From Candidatus Thorarchaeota archaeon (lineage in GTDB: Archaea; Asgardarchaeota; Thorarchaeia; Thorarchaeales; Thorarchaeaceae): a stretch of 12,655 nucleotides of DNA. This document shows, piece by piece, positions 12,655 through 12,655 of the stretch (its first letter is position 1; each line of letters opens with the position of its first letter). Both the position numbers and the translations under genes were made by a program. A model generated the notes under the pieces. That model had not been told where the DNA came from and ran no database searches. It was given only the letters and a program-made list of their open reading frames with translations. The stretch is taken from positions 1 to 12,655 of the forward strand of contig JAOUFI010000063.1 in the NCBI GenBank assembly GCA_029858305.1, read 5' to 3'.

Positions 12655-12655
12655 G

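Overview
A gene-dense window, probably archaeal. Asgard/Thorarchaeota-like origin is an inference from the TATA-like boxes, sequon-rich surface proteins with simple C-terminal TM anchors, and the NosD-type beta-helix style. Left to right it holds: the 3' end of a probable alpha/beta hydrolase; a minus-strand run of BDH2/DHRS6-like SDR, a divergent BKACE (DUF849/Kce-family) enzyme, two translationally coupled SPPY-type amino-DNA methyltransferases with no adjacent nuclease, and an M28 peptidase with a ~95-aa stretch after its EE motif; a divergent ~940-aa membrane-anchored beta-helix/Ca-repeat surface protein; a 5'-truncated ICMT/PEMT-family methyltransferase remnant missed by the ORF track; a membrane-anchored SxxK serine hydrolase; a secreted FG-GAP/VCBS beta-propeller protein; and the 3' part of a membrane-anchored M30-like metallopeptidase that runs off the window. 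No rRNA, tRNA, CRISPR or transposase was seen. The best leads are the orphan MTase pair, the BKACE+SDR module, the ICMT remnant and the cell-surface hydrolase/adhesin cluster. All family calls come from motif recognition by eye; no searches were run.
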